Shown piece after piece: positions 10,301-20,252 of a stretch of DNA of 64,000 nt. The stretch covers positions 1 through 64,000 of the forward strand of contig CAZGJX010000002.1 in assembly GCA_964525635.1 (NCBI GenBank). The letters run 5' to 3'. The first letter of the stretch is position 1. Each line of letters begins with the position of its first letter. The position numbers were made by a program, and so were the translations under genes. The notes beneath the pieces are model-generated. The model searched no databases and was not told where the DNA came from. It saw only the letters and a program-made list of their open reading frames with translations. This DNA is from an uncultured archaeon. GTDB lineage: Archaea > Asgardarchaeota > Lokiarchaeia > Sigyniarchaeales > SOKP01.

Positions 10301-11557
10301 ATGAATATACTACTTCTCACTTTTAGTTTTTACCCAGAAAAAGGAGGAATCTCTCACACAATCAACTCAATGTGTAAATTCTTTAATGAAAAAGATCATA
10401 CCTTCATAGTTTTAAACCCAAATTACAATGGAAAAAATATTCATAATCTTCTGATTAGAGATCAAACTCTAAAGAAAGAGATAAAAAAAATCTTTCATAA
10501 AAAATTTCTTCTTTCCTTATATATTATCATAAAAAATTTGTTTCGAAAAAACAATATTCCTTTATTAGAAAGATTAAATTTAATTTTATATTTATTTCTA
10601 AAACCAAAAATATTAATTAGAACAGTAGAGAATTTTCAAAAATTCTATCCATTTCTTCAAAAAACAAATTTCAATTTGATTGTTACTGCTGATTGTGGAT
10701 TCCCACTTGTGTTGGGATTAATCATATCAAAAACATTTAACAAAAAAATAGTGTCTTTAGCTCATGGTATTGATTTTCAAATAGAAAATTATTTTTCATT
10801 AAAATATTTTTATTTAAAAAACACTGATTTTTTTATACTTAGCAATATTTGGTTAAAAAAACTTTTTCAAAAAATATATGATATAAATGACAAGAAAATT
10901 GATATAATAAACCGTGGTATGTTTTTGGAGGATTATTTCATAGAGAAATCCAAAGAAACACTTCGAATTGAAAATAATATTCCTATTGATAAATTTCTCT
11001 TGTTAAGTGTTGGTCGACAAAATAAAAGAAAAAATTATCAATTAGTTATTAGAGCAATAAGAAAAATTAAAGATATAAGACTAAACTTTAATGGATTATA
11101 TTATTTAATTGGTGAAGGGGATTACACTTCAAATTTGAAGCATTTAGTTATAGAATTAGATCTCTCAGAAGATATAAAATTCTTAGGGATACTTGAAAAT
11201 AAAAAAAGAAATGAATTCTATAAAATGTCAGATATATTTTTAATGCCTTCATTAACAGAAAAAAATGACGTTGAGGGATTTGGTATAGTTTTTCTTGAAG
11301 CAAATTACTATAAGGTTCCCGTAATTGGTTCTACATCTGGAGGTATTGTAGAAGCTATTAAAGATGGAGAGAATGGGATTTTAGTAAATCCACGTAATTT
11401 AGATGATATAGTAAATAAAATATTATATCTATATGATAATAAAGATCAGAGGATAAAAATGGGGGAGATAGGACATCAAAGAGTTATTAAGGACTATGAT
11501 TGGACTAATATTGGGAAAAAATATGAAAAAACATTTAAAAAAGCAATTAATTTTTAA
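10301..11557 (+). CDS. GT4 glycosyltransferase
   Basis: GGI N-terminal motif, VGRQNKRKN, EGFGIVFLEA. Confidence 0.92.
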   Translation: MNILLLTFSFYPEKGGISHTINSMCKFFNEKDHTFIVLNPNYNGKNIHNLLIRDQTLKKEIKKIFHKKFLLSLYIIIKNLFRKNNIPLLERLNLILYLFLKPKILIRTVENFQKFYPFLQKTNFNLIVTADCGFPLVLGLIISKTFNKKIVSLAHGIDFQIENYFSLKYFYLKNTDFFILSNIWLKKLFQKIYDINDKKIDIINRGMFLEDYFIEKSKETLRIENNIPIDKFLLLSVGRQNKRKNYQLVIRAIRKIKDIRLNFNGLYYLIGEGDYTSNLKHLVIELDLSEDIKFLGILENKKRNEFYKMSDIFLMPSLTEKNDVEGFGIVFLEANYYKVPVIGSTSGGIVEAIKDGENGILVNPRNLDDIVNKILYLYDNKDQRIKMGEIGHQRVIKDYDWTNIGKKYEKTFKKAINF

Positions 11558-11611
11558 TTGATTTGAATTTTATATTATATTAAATTCAAAATTAAAATAA
11601 TAATAGCAAAG

Positions 11612-12859
11612 ATGTTCACACTCAATCAAATAATATCTTTTAACCGTATTTTTAACCTGATGTCATCAATATGGTTTATTATTTTTATGATTTTTCTTAT
11701 AATTATATATCATTTGATTATATACTTAATCAGAGATAAGAAGTATATTATTGATTATAATAGTTATAATGATCCAGATAATGTATCTATTGATGATCTA
11801 AATTATCTGCCACTTGTTAATATTATTATTCCATCATGGAAAGAGGGACAAAATTTTAAAGTATGTTTAGATTCAATTAAAAACTTATCATATCCTAAAT
11901 TAAAAGTTATAATAAATGCAGGAGGAAATGATGAGACGATAAAAATTGCAAACACTTTCAAACAATATGATAATTTTATAATATTACATCAGAAATTTGG
12001 AGCAGATAGACCATCTTTAGGTAAGATAAGAGCAATAAATGAATGTCTTGATTATATTAAAGATGGTTTAATATATTTTATAGATGCAGATGCAATTGTA
12101 CAAGATGAAACCCTGTTAAGAATTATTTATCCAATAGTTAATCAAGAAAAATATGTAGTAGTTTCAGGGAGAAGTTTAACAGATTCACTAAAAGAAAAAG
12201 CTCTTTCTAAATATCTAAGATTAAATCGAAACAGAACATTTCATGGTGATTTTTCAAGAAATGATCATAATATAATCTCTGGTTCGAATACATGTATTAA
12301 GTATGAAGTTATTGAGAGAATCAGTAAGTTCAATGAAGAAAGAGGGATTGCTACAGATAAATCTATGGCACTTGATATTAATAATGTTGGATACAAAATT
12401 TATAAATTAACACATCCAAATTCAAGAATGCTAAACCAGAACATGCCAAGTAATTTTAAAGCATGGAGACGTCAGAGATCTATATGGCAAACAAATGATT
12501 TTAAATACATTATTAAATTTAAAAAAAGAGGAAAATTCCTAAAGTTTTTATTTTTAACTTTTTTGTCTCTTTATTTATTGATTTTTCCTATATTTTTATT
12601 TTTTAATATTACCTTATTTCTGTTTGGATTTTATTTATTAATTTGGATATATTTTCAGAAAATTAGAAAGATTATTTTTTCTCTTAACACAGATGAAAAA
12701 GAATCTGGTTTTGATATTAATCTAATCTTTTATTTTAAAGTATTTTGTTTTATTTTATTAGAACTATATATCAATATAATATTGATATATGATCTTATAG
12801 TATATTTTAAAAAAAATAAAAAAAAAACTGAAAAAGTGATATTTTTTTTCCAATTATAG
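11612..12859 (+). CDS. GT2 glycosyltransferase, membrane-anchored
   Basis: VNIIIPSWKE, FIDAD (DxD), RQRSIW (QxxRW-like), N- and C-terminal TM segments. Confidence 0.85.
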   Translation: MFTLNQIISFNRIFNLMSSIWFIIFMIFLIIIYHLIIYLIRDKKYIIDYNSYNDPDNVSIDDLNYLPLVNIIIPSWKEGQNFKVCLDSIKNLSYPKLKVIINAGGNDETIKIANTFKQYDNFIILHQKFGADRPSLGKIRAINECLDYIKDGLIYFIDADAIVQDETLLRIIYPIVNQEKYVVVSGRSLTDSLKEKALSKYLRLNRNRTFHGDFSRNDHNIISGSNTCIKYEVIERISKFNEERGIATDKSMALDINNVGYKIYKLTHPNSRMLNQNMPSNFKAWRRQRSIWQTNDFKYIIKFKKRGKFLKFLFLTFLSLYLLIFPIFLFFNITLFLFGFYLLIWIYFQKIRKIIFSLNTDEKESGFDINLIFYFKVFCFILLELYINIILIYDLIVYFKKNKKKTEKVIFFFQL

Positions 12860-13047
12860 ATTCTTCCTTTTCGGATTTCTATTTCGAGATAGAAGCTTTT
12901 TATAATAGACTATTATATATTATATTTATCTGTTTTTTTGATAAAGATAAATTTATAAAAAAAAAACAATTTACGAACTCAAGAATTTTTATCATCTAAA
13001 AAGATAAGATAGTAAAATGATTTAATTAAAAATCATTGAGAATTAAT

Positions 13048-13815
13048 ATGATAATTTCTCATAAAAATAAGTTTATTTACATAAAAACGAGGAAAACTGC
13101 AAGTACTTCTATACAAATTCTTTTCGCTAGGTTTTGTGGGGATCAAGATATTTTAACTCCAATTATTCATCCGACTACTAAAAAAGGCATCATATATAAT
13201 AAAATGGCAAGAAATTATAAGATATTAATAAGTAACTTAAAACTTATAAAATATAGTTTTTATTATAGTATTAGGAAGGGTAGAGGACTAAGTTTTATCA
13301 AGGATTTTTTAAAAACTATCTTTAAAAATCCAAAGAAAAATATATATAGATTATTTTTTCAAGGATTTCACACTCATGATTCTGCTGAGAAAATTAAGAC
13401 CAAAGTAGGGTCCATAATATGGAATGATTATTTTAAATTTACTTTTGAAAGAAATCCTTGGGATAAATTAGTATCATATTATTATCATGTGTACTCAAAT
13501 TCAGATCCTTCTTTTAAGAATTTTGATACATGGATAAAATCCTTGAAAATGAACCAATATAGACAACCTTATAATTTTCTTTTATATACTTTTAAAAATA
13601 GAGTAATTTTAGATTTTATTGGAAAATATGAGAATTTACATAAGGATTTAAATTTTATTTTAAATAAATTAAACTTACCAATGAAAGAATTACCTAAAGA
13701 AAAAACAAATTATAGAAAAGAAAAGAAATATAAGAAATACTATAGTGATGAATTAAGAGATTTAGTCAATAAAAAATACGCAAAAGAAATAAACCTTTTC
13801 AATTTTAAATTTTAA
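13048..13815 (+). CDS. Sulfotransferase family 2 protein
   Basis: MIISHKNKFIYIKTRKTASTS, YFKFTFERNPWDKLVSYY, DFIGKYENL. ATG at 13048 is preferred over TTG at 13036. Confidence 0.9.
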   Translation: MIISHKNKFIYIKTRKTASTSIQILFARFCGDQDILTPIIHPTTKKGIIYNKMARNYKILISNLKLIKYSFYYSIRKGRGLSFIKDFLKTIFKNPKKNIYRLFFQGFHTHDSAEKIKTKVGSIIWNDYFKFTFERNPWDKLVSYYYHVYSNSDPSFKNFDTWIKSLKMNQYRQPYNFLLYTFKNRVILDFIGKYENLHKDLNFILNKLNLPMKELPKEKTNYRKEKKYKKYYSDELRDLVNKKYAKEINLFNFKF

Positions 13816-13865
13816 AAATTTTATACAAATTATTTTTTCAAATCTAAATTCTAATTAAAGGAAAA

Positions 13866-15398
13866 TCATTGATTTTGATTTTTAAAGCAATTAAGAATAT
13901 TGCCTTTTAAATCTTGATTTATAGGTAATCCAAAGTAATTTAATATAGTTGGGACAATATCTTTTAGATTTGCGTGGGTTTTCATATTTTCTTTTACATT
14001 TTTTCCATGAATCACTAATATACCTTCTTCACTATGTTTTCCAATTGCAAAATCAGTATATTTACTAATATCTTGAAGAAATTCTTCTGTATTTTGGTAA
14101 AGGCTAGTGAAAGAATATCCTTTCGTTGGTTTTATTATTAAATCGGGGATTAATTCTGGTTGGTTACCACTATAATAATCATCTTTTTCATATATTTTAT
14201 CAACAATTCTATTATTATTTTTTGGATCCTTTATTTGATAGAATTTATTTTTAAGATAATTTATGATTTTTAGTTTTTTTTCTCCTTCAGTTAAGATAAA
14301 AATTAATCCATAAAGACTGATTCCCATAGGATAAACTCTTGATTTTTTCCAATCTATAAAATTATTAAATACTTCTGTTCCTTTTAATTCGTTTCTGTAT
14401 ATTTTTAATTCTAACTTTTTAAAAACATTGAACAATGATATTTTATCTAATTTAAGTTTTATAATTATTTTTTTTGAAAGTTTTCTTAGAAGAGATTTCC
14501 AGAAATTGGTTTTAAATTTTAATAAACCCTCTTTATAAAGCCAATCTCCCAATAGAAACTGTTTTTTATGAGATTCACATCCATGATCAGATAGAATTAC
14601 AGTAAGTAAATCCCCTTTATTATTTCTTAAAAATTCCTCTCTTAATGTTTCAATACAAAAATCTAACCATTTATGAAATGTTTTAAAAGCATATGATCTT
14701 ATTTCAGGATTATATAATATGTTCTCTTTATCAAAGTATCCCCATAAAACATGTTGAAGTATATCATTAGCCTGAAAATTAACCATTAAGATATCAATTT
14801 TATAATTATTTAACAGCCATACGCATACTTTTGTTCTATCTTTTATATTTTTAATTCTATTTTCAATAAAATCTTTTATGTTGTAATGAGGATTTTTAAA
14901 TCTCACATCTTCAGAATATTGAAATTGATAATCAGGTATTTTATTTAAAATATTCTGCTTCAAGCTTGATGGATATGTAAAATTAGAATTTAAAGAAGGG
15001 GTTAATATACCACTAACAATAAAACCATTTACTTTTTTTGGAGGATAGGTCATTGGGACATTAACTACCGCAATTTTCTTACCTACTTTGCTCAGAATCT
15101 CCCATATAGTATTTTTTAAGAAATCAGAGTTAACCATATCTATATTTTTTGTCTTCTTATTAAAACAGTAAAATTCATAGATATGGTCTTCTAAGCAATC
15201 TCTCCCTGTTTGTATAGTACCCCACGCTGCAGGAGATATTGGTGGTATGGTGGATGCTATCGGACCAAATGTACCATTAGATTTTAGTTTTTTTAAATAT
15301 GGCATATATCCACTATCAATTATATCATTAAATAGGTCCCACGAGCCACCATCAAGACCTATAACAAGAATTTTTCTATTAAAAATATTCATTTCCAT
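13866..15398 (-). CDS. AlkP-superfamily phosphodiesterase/nucleotide pyrophosphatase-like protein
   Basis: VIGLDGG, STIPPISPAAW..TG, NVPMTYPP, LSDHG, GKHSEEG, DIVPTIL. Confidence 0.9.
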   Translation of the reverse strand: MEMNIFNRKILVIGLDGGSWDLFNDIIDSGYMPYLKKLKSNGTFGPIASTIPPISPAAWGTIQTGRDCLEDHIYEFYCFNKKTKNIDMVNSDFLKNTIWEILSKVGKKIAVVNVPMTYPPKKVNGFIVSGILTPSLNSNFTYPSSLKQNILNKIPDYQFQYSEDVRFKNPHYNIKDFIENRIKNIKDRTKVCVWLLNNYKIDILMVNFQANDILQHVLWGYFDKENILYNPEIRSYAFKTFHKWLDFCIETLREEFLRNNKGDLLTVILSDHGCESHKKQFLLGDWLYKEGLLKFKTNFWKSLLRKLSKKIIIKLKLDKISLFNVFKKLELKIYRNELKGTEVFNNFIDWKKSRVYPMGISLYGLIFILTEGEKKLKIINYLKNKFYQIKDPKNNNRIVDKIYEKDDYYSGNQPELIPDLIIKPTKGYSFTSLYQNTEEFLQDISKYTDFAIGKHSEEGILVIHGKNVKENMKTHANLKDIVPTILNYFGLPINQDLKGNILNCFKNQNQ

Positions 15399-15424
15399 TC
15401 TCTAAATTCAACAATATTTTAAAA

Positions 15425-16729
15425 TTATTTTATAATCTCAAGACACTTACCAGTCATATAAGCAGGTTTTTGAATATTAAACAAATTTAATAAAGTTGGT
15501 GCAATATCTTCATAATTAATGCTATTAAATTGTTTAGATTTTATATTTTTACCATATGCCATGAATAATCCTTCTTGTGTATGAAGAATTGCATTTCTTC
15601 CTTTTGTAATAAACATAGAAGGATTATGATTAAACATATATTTTTCATTTAGAACTATGAATAGACTGGGGAAATCTTTTAAATTAGTAGAGATAATCTT
15701 TTTTATTTTTTTTTCCTTAAGAAGTGATTCAATAATTATTTTTTCTTTTTTTTTATCCTCTCCTTTCAAAAATAAACCACCAACATTTGAATTATAACTA
15801 AAAGCTTTTGATATCTCTATTTTATTTTTATCAGTTTTTTTTTTTTTAGTATTACTTTTCTTTTTTTTTGATATTTTTTGAAATCTTTTTTTAAATAAAT
15901 ATAATTTTTCATAATCTATTTTTAATATTGGTCTAAAAAAATCATAGATTTTGGAAATAAGACTATATATTTTATGTTGACTTGATTTATTAATGAATAT
16001 AAGACCTTTTTTTTCCAACCAACGAGTCATATTAAAATCATGTTTATAAAATCTTAAACCATGATCACTAAATATAATTAGATTGTCAATTTCACCACTA
16101 TTAAGAATCTGACCTATAAAATCATCTATCTTTTTATATCCTAAATATATATAATTTTGAATTAATGGTTGAGATAGCCTAGTATGATGAGAAATAGAAT
16201 CCGGCATCCTTACAACATAAGTTAATAGATTGTAATCTTCATATATTTTTTCTAAAAACAAATCTTTCTTTATTTTAAATGCCTTAAAGATGTCTTTTAT
16301 TGTTTTTCCATTAATTATCCAATTCTCTTTTAATTTGAATTCTAATTCCTTTGGAAAACAACTTATTTTAGGAGATAATAATCCTGTAATCATCTCACCA
16401 TTAATATTCCACGCAGGATAGGTTCCTGGAACATTTAATACTAATTGTCTTAAATCCTTGTGTGAGAAAATAGATCTTTCTCTCCAAATAAATGAATTAA
16501 AAAGACCTTTTTCTGGATGAGTAAACCAATAATATCCAAGTTGTTGAGGATTTTGTCCAGAAAACATACAAGGCCAAGATGGAATTGTTATTGGTGGCAT
16601 TGTAACGCAAAGTTTTGAAGATACTCCCTCATTGATTATTTTTTTGAAATTAGGTAATATTTTTTTTTTTAATAGAGGTTTTATGGATTCAAAGCAACCA
16701 CCATCAATACCTATTATTACATTTTTAAT
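15425..16729 (-). CDS. AlkP-superfamily phosphodiesterase-like protein; probable ATT start at 16729
   Basis: TMPPITIPSW, NVPGTYP, FSDHG, DIAPTLL. The frame stays open 43 codons upstream of the ORF-track ATG (16600) and encodes KNVIIGIDGG, homologous to the neighbour's KILVIGLDGG. Confidence 0.85.
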   Translation of the reverse strand: MKNVIIGIDGGCFESIKPLLKKKILPNFKKIINEGVSSKLCVTMPPITIPSWPCMFSGQNPQQLGYYWFTHPEKGLFNSFIWRERSIFSHKDLRQLVLNVPGTYPAWNINGEMITGLLSPKISCFPKELEFKLKENWIINGKTIKDIFKAFKIKKDLFLEKIYEDYNLLTYVVRMPDSISHHTRLSQPLIQNYIYLGYKKIDDFIGQILNSGEIDNLIIFSDHGLRFYKHDFNMTRWLEKKGLIFINKSSQHKIYSLISKIYDFFRPILKIDYEKLYLFKKRFQKISKKKKSNTKKKKTDKNKIEISKAFSYNSNVGGLFLKGEDKKKEKIIIESLLKEKKIKKIISTNLKDFPSLFIVLNEKYMFNHNPSMFITKGRNAILHTQEGLFMAYGKNIKSKQFNSINYEDIAPTLLNLFNIQKPAYMTGKCLEIIK

Positions 16730-16949
16730 TTAAATCCCCTAATCTTTCTTATTATTCTTGATCTATCTTATATTATGGAAATATATCATTTAAATAAAAG
16801 TTTTTGTTCTTTTTATTCAAGATCATTAATTAAATGTTTATAAAATATTTTATATAAGATTTAGTTAATTTAAAAAGATAAAATCATATAATTGGATCTT
16901 TTTCTCTGGAAAATAGATTAAAAATCATTATTTTGTATATAATATTATT

Positions 16950-18008
16950 CTACATTAATAGACCACTGATGAATTTAAAATATTCTTCAGCAGCTTTTTC
17001 CCATGAATATATCTTAACAATTTCAAGACCTCTTTCCCTCATACTTATTCTTAAATCTTGATCCTTATAAATATCGATGATTAATTCTGCTAATTTTTTA
17101 TAATTAAAAGGAGGAAAATAAATCGGAAAGTCTTTATATATTTCCCTAAATACAGGAATATCTGAACATAAAACTGGGAGTCCAGAGGAGGCAGACTCTA
17201 GCCCAGGTGCCCCCCATCCTTCGTATATAGAGGGAAAGACTAGAATATTGCATAAATTATAGATTTCTCTCAATCTATCATTAGTTATTCCATTTAAATA
17301 AATAATATTTTTTTCCAATCCCATTTTTTTTATTAAATCTTGGAAAATTGGTTTACCAATCCGGATTAATAAAATCTTTTTTATTCTTTTTTTAACAATA
17401 TAATAGGATTTTAATAATGATAGAAAATTTTTTCTCGTTTCTTCTGTTCCTACATGTAATATTTTAAAATATTCAGGATAAAATGAATTAATTTTTAATA
17501 ATTTTTCATCAGATATTGGATAAAACATCTTTTTATTTATACCATTTTTAATAACTTTTATTTTTTCTTTTGGAAAACCTAATCTTTTAATCAATTCATT
17601 TTTAGTAAATTCTGATATTGCGATAATATATCTACATTTCTTTAATCCTGAAAGTATATATTTTTGCAATAAAGAATTATTTCGAATATTTTTTTTTTCC
17701 AAAAAAGTATAAATATCATGACAAGTGACAATTGTTTTTGATTTATCAAGAAAATGTACTAAATCACTATGAAATTGAGCAGGTATATGATTAATAACTT
17801 CATTTTTATTGCTACTTAATTTACACTGTATTGGATAATTAAAAAATCTCTTATATAAGAAATCGATTTGGTTTTTGGGTGGTTTATAGTATAAATAAGA
17901 GATTCCAATATTTCTTTGGTTTATTAATCGTTTATCTAATTCAATTTGTCTTCTTAAGATTCCATTTATATTATCTAACTTTCTACCAATATAATTTAAT
18001 ATTTCCAT
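16950..18008 (-). CDS. GT4 glycosyltransferase
   Basis: VTCHD, AISEFTK, VGTEETRKN, FPSIYEGWGAPGLE, SDIPVFRE. Confidence 0.92.
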   Translation of the reverse strand: MEILNYIGRKLDNINGILRRQIELDKRLINQRNIGISYLYYKPPKNQIDFLYKRFFNYPIQCKLSSNKNEVINHIPAQFHSDLVHFLDKSKTIVTCHDIYTFLEKKNIRNNSLLQKYILSGLKKCRYIIAISEFTKNELIKRLGFPKEKIKVIKNGINKKMFYPISDEKLLKINSFYPEYFKILHVGTEETRKNFLSLLKSYYIVKKRIKKILLIRIGKPIFQDLIKKMGLEKNIIYLNGITNDRLREIYNLCNILVFPSIYEGWGAPGLESASSGLPVLCSDIPVFREIYKDFPIYFPPFNYKKLAELIIDIYKDQDLRISMRERGLEIVKIYSWEKAAEEYFKFISGLLM

Positions 18009-18103
18009 ATTACAATATTAAAGAAATAACATTTTTTTTATGAAATAGCAATGATATTAACCATTTAAAGAGGAGATCTTAGAAAAAATTTATTATCCTA
18101 AAA

Positions 18104-18832
18104 TTAGAGATTTAATTCTTTTTTTTGAATTTGAATTAATTCCCCTATCCCCTTTTCTCCAATATCTAAAATTCTGTTTAATTGTTTTCTGGTAAAACTA
18201 TTTCCCTCAGCTGTTCCCTGAATTTCTAAAAATTCTAAATTTTCATTCATTATAAGATTTAAATCAACATCAACTTGAGAATCTTCAATATAATTTAAGT
18301 CTAATAGGATATCATCATCTTTAATTCCTAATGAAATCGCAGCTGTTACTTTATAATTAGGAAAGTTATGAATAAGGTGTTCATCATAAAGAAAACTAAT
18401 AGCATCAAAAACAGCCATAAATGCTCCTGTTATTGAAGCACATCTTGTTCCACCATCAGCTTGAATAACATCACAATCGATTTTTATTGTTCTTTCTCCT
18501 ATTTTTGTAATATCAAAAGCTGCTCGAATACTCCTTCCTATTAATCTCTGAATTTCATGTGTTCGACCTTTAACTCTTAATCTTTCTCGTTCTCTACTAT
18601 TTCTATTTTGTGTAGCACGAGGGATCATATTATATTCTGCAGTTATCCACCCGGTACCTGTATCAGATAAAAATCGTGGGACAAACTCTAATACCGAAGC
18701 AGTAACTATAACCTTAGTAAAACCTTGTGTTATAAGTACAGATCCTTCAGGATATTTAAGATAATTACGCTCAATTGTAATTTTTCTGAGCTCATCAAAT
18801 TCCCTACCATCCTTTCTTTTAATATTGGACAT
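18104..18832 (-). CDS. rph: Ribonuclease PH (bacterial-type)
   Basis: GWITAEYNMIPRAT, GRTHEIQRLIGRS, DCDVIQADGGTRCASITGA, EIQGTAE. Confidence 0.92.
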   Translation of the reverse strand: MSNIKRKDGREFDELRKITIERNYLKYPEGSVLITQGFTKVIVTASVLEFVPRFLSDTGTGWITAEYNMIPRATQNRNSRERERLRVKGRTHEIQRLIGRSIRAAFDITKIGERTIKIDCDVIQADGGTRCASITGAFMAVFDAISFLYDEHLIHNFPNYKVTAAISLGIKDDDILLDLNYIEDSQVDVDLNLIMNENLEFLEIQGTAEGNSFTRKQLNRILDIGEKGIGELIQIQKKELNL

Positions 18833-19108
18833 AATAATTTACATATTTATTATTCTTTATTGTATCAATAAAAAAAAAGAAAATAAAATCTTAAATATAT
18901 AAAACAGAAAATATTAATATATTTTTACAAAGCAAATAGTATATGATAATAACTTTTTTTTTTTATTCCAAATTTATGTCTTCCAAATTCTAGATTTTAA
19001 TAATTATTTTAATAGACTAACTAGAAAAATATGAAGATTATTTAAAAAGCTATAAAATCTAAAAATAAATTCAGATAATTTTCTTGTAAAATTTCTCATA
19101 ATATGAAT

Positions 19109-20221
19109 TTATTGAGAATCTTTATACATAGGATAAGATCCTAATACTTTGTACCAAATCACATTTTCTTCTATTTTTTCAATTACTTTTTTAATTTCAA
19201 TATCATTTTTATGGCCTTCAAAATCCATAAGGAAAATATATTCCCATCTTCCTCTTCTCCTAGGTCGAGATTCAATTTTCATTAGATTGATATTAGCTTC
19301 TGCAAATAATTTTAAAACCGAATATAATGCTCCTGGTTTATGTTTTGTTACATATAATATTGAAGTTTTAATTTTACCATCTTTTATTCGATTTTCTTTT
19401 TTTGAAATAATAATAAAGCGAGTAAAATTAGATGGACTATCTTCGATTTTTGAACTAAGAATCTTTAATCCATATACTGAAGCAGCAAATTCGGTTCCAA
19501 TAGCTGCATTGGAGGTATCTCCCAGCTTTTTTATTTTATGTATTGCTTCAGCAGTTGATTCTGTATTGACTGTTTTAGCCAATGGTAAATTGTTTTTTAT
19601 CCATGATCTAGTTTGGGCAAATGCTTGAGGATGTGAATATATTTTTTTTATTTTTGTTAAATCAGAATTCTTATCTGCGATCAAATTTTGACTTATTCTT
19701 AACTCAGTTTCGCCAAAAATGGAAATCTCCTTCTCTATTAATTGATCTAAAGTTTCTCTAACAGTTCCTTGGAGACTATTCTCAATGGGAACTACAGCAA
19801 ATTCCAATATACCTTTTTCAATATCTTCAAAAATAGTAGATATACTTTTATATGCAATAAGATCTGAACTTGTTTTAGGAAAAAATTCTAAAGCGGCCTG
19901 ATGAGTAAAAGTACCTTTGGGCCCAAGATATCCAATTTTAATAATTGAACCTTGAATTAATTTGCATGCACCAATAATTTCTTTCCAAATTGCTTCAATA
20001 CTAGCTGGTTTTATTACTTTTGATAATTTTTTTACGTTATTTATAACTTTTATTTCTCGTTCTGGTTGATATGTGTCTAAATTTAACTTGTTTTTAATTT
20101 CCCCTATTTTTAATACAATATCTGCTCTATTATTTAATAATTTCACTAATTCATTATCAATTTCATTTATTTCTTCTCTAAGTTTATCAAGATTATGTTT
20201 AAGTTCTTCTTTATCTACCAT
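19109..20221 (-). CDS. pheA: Chorismate mutase/prephenate dehydratase (P-protein) with ACT domain
   Basis: N-terminal AroQ (LREEINEIDNEL..LLNNR), YLGPKGTFT, PIENS, SHPQA, NFTRF, KIESRP. Confidence 0.95.
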   Translation of the reverse strand: MVDKEELKHNLDKLREEINEIDNELVKLLNNRADIVLKIGEIKNKLNLDTYQPEREIKVINNVKKLSKVIKPASIEAIWKEIIGACKLIQGSIIKIGYLGPKGTFTHQAALEFFPKTSSDLIAYKSISTIFEDIEKGILEFAVVPIENSLQGTVRETLDQLIEKEISIFGETELRISQNLIADKNSDLTKIKKIYSHPQAFAQTRSWIKNNLPLAKTVNTESTAEAIHKIKKLGDTSNAAIGTEFAASVYGLKILSSKIEDSPSNFTRFIIISKKENRIKDGKIKTSILYVTKHKPGALYSVLKLFAEANINLMKIESRPRRRGRWEYIFLMDFEGHKNDIEIKKVIEKIEENVIWYKVLGSYPMYKDSQ

Positions 20222-20252
20222 TATTGTTTTCCCTTTTTTTGAATATTAATTA

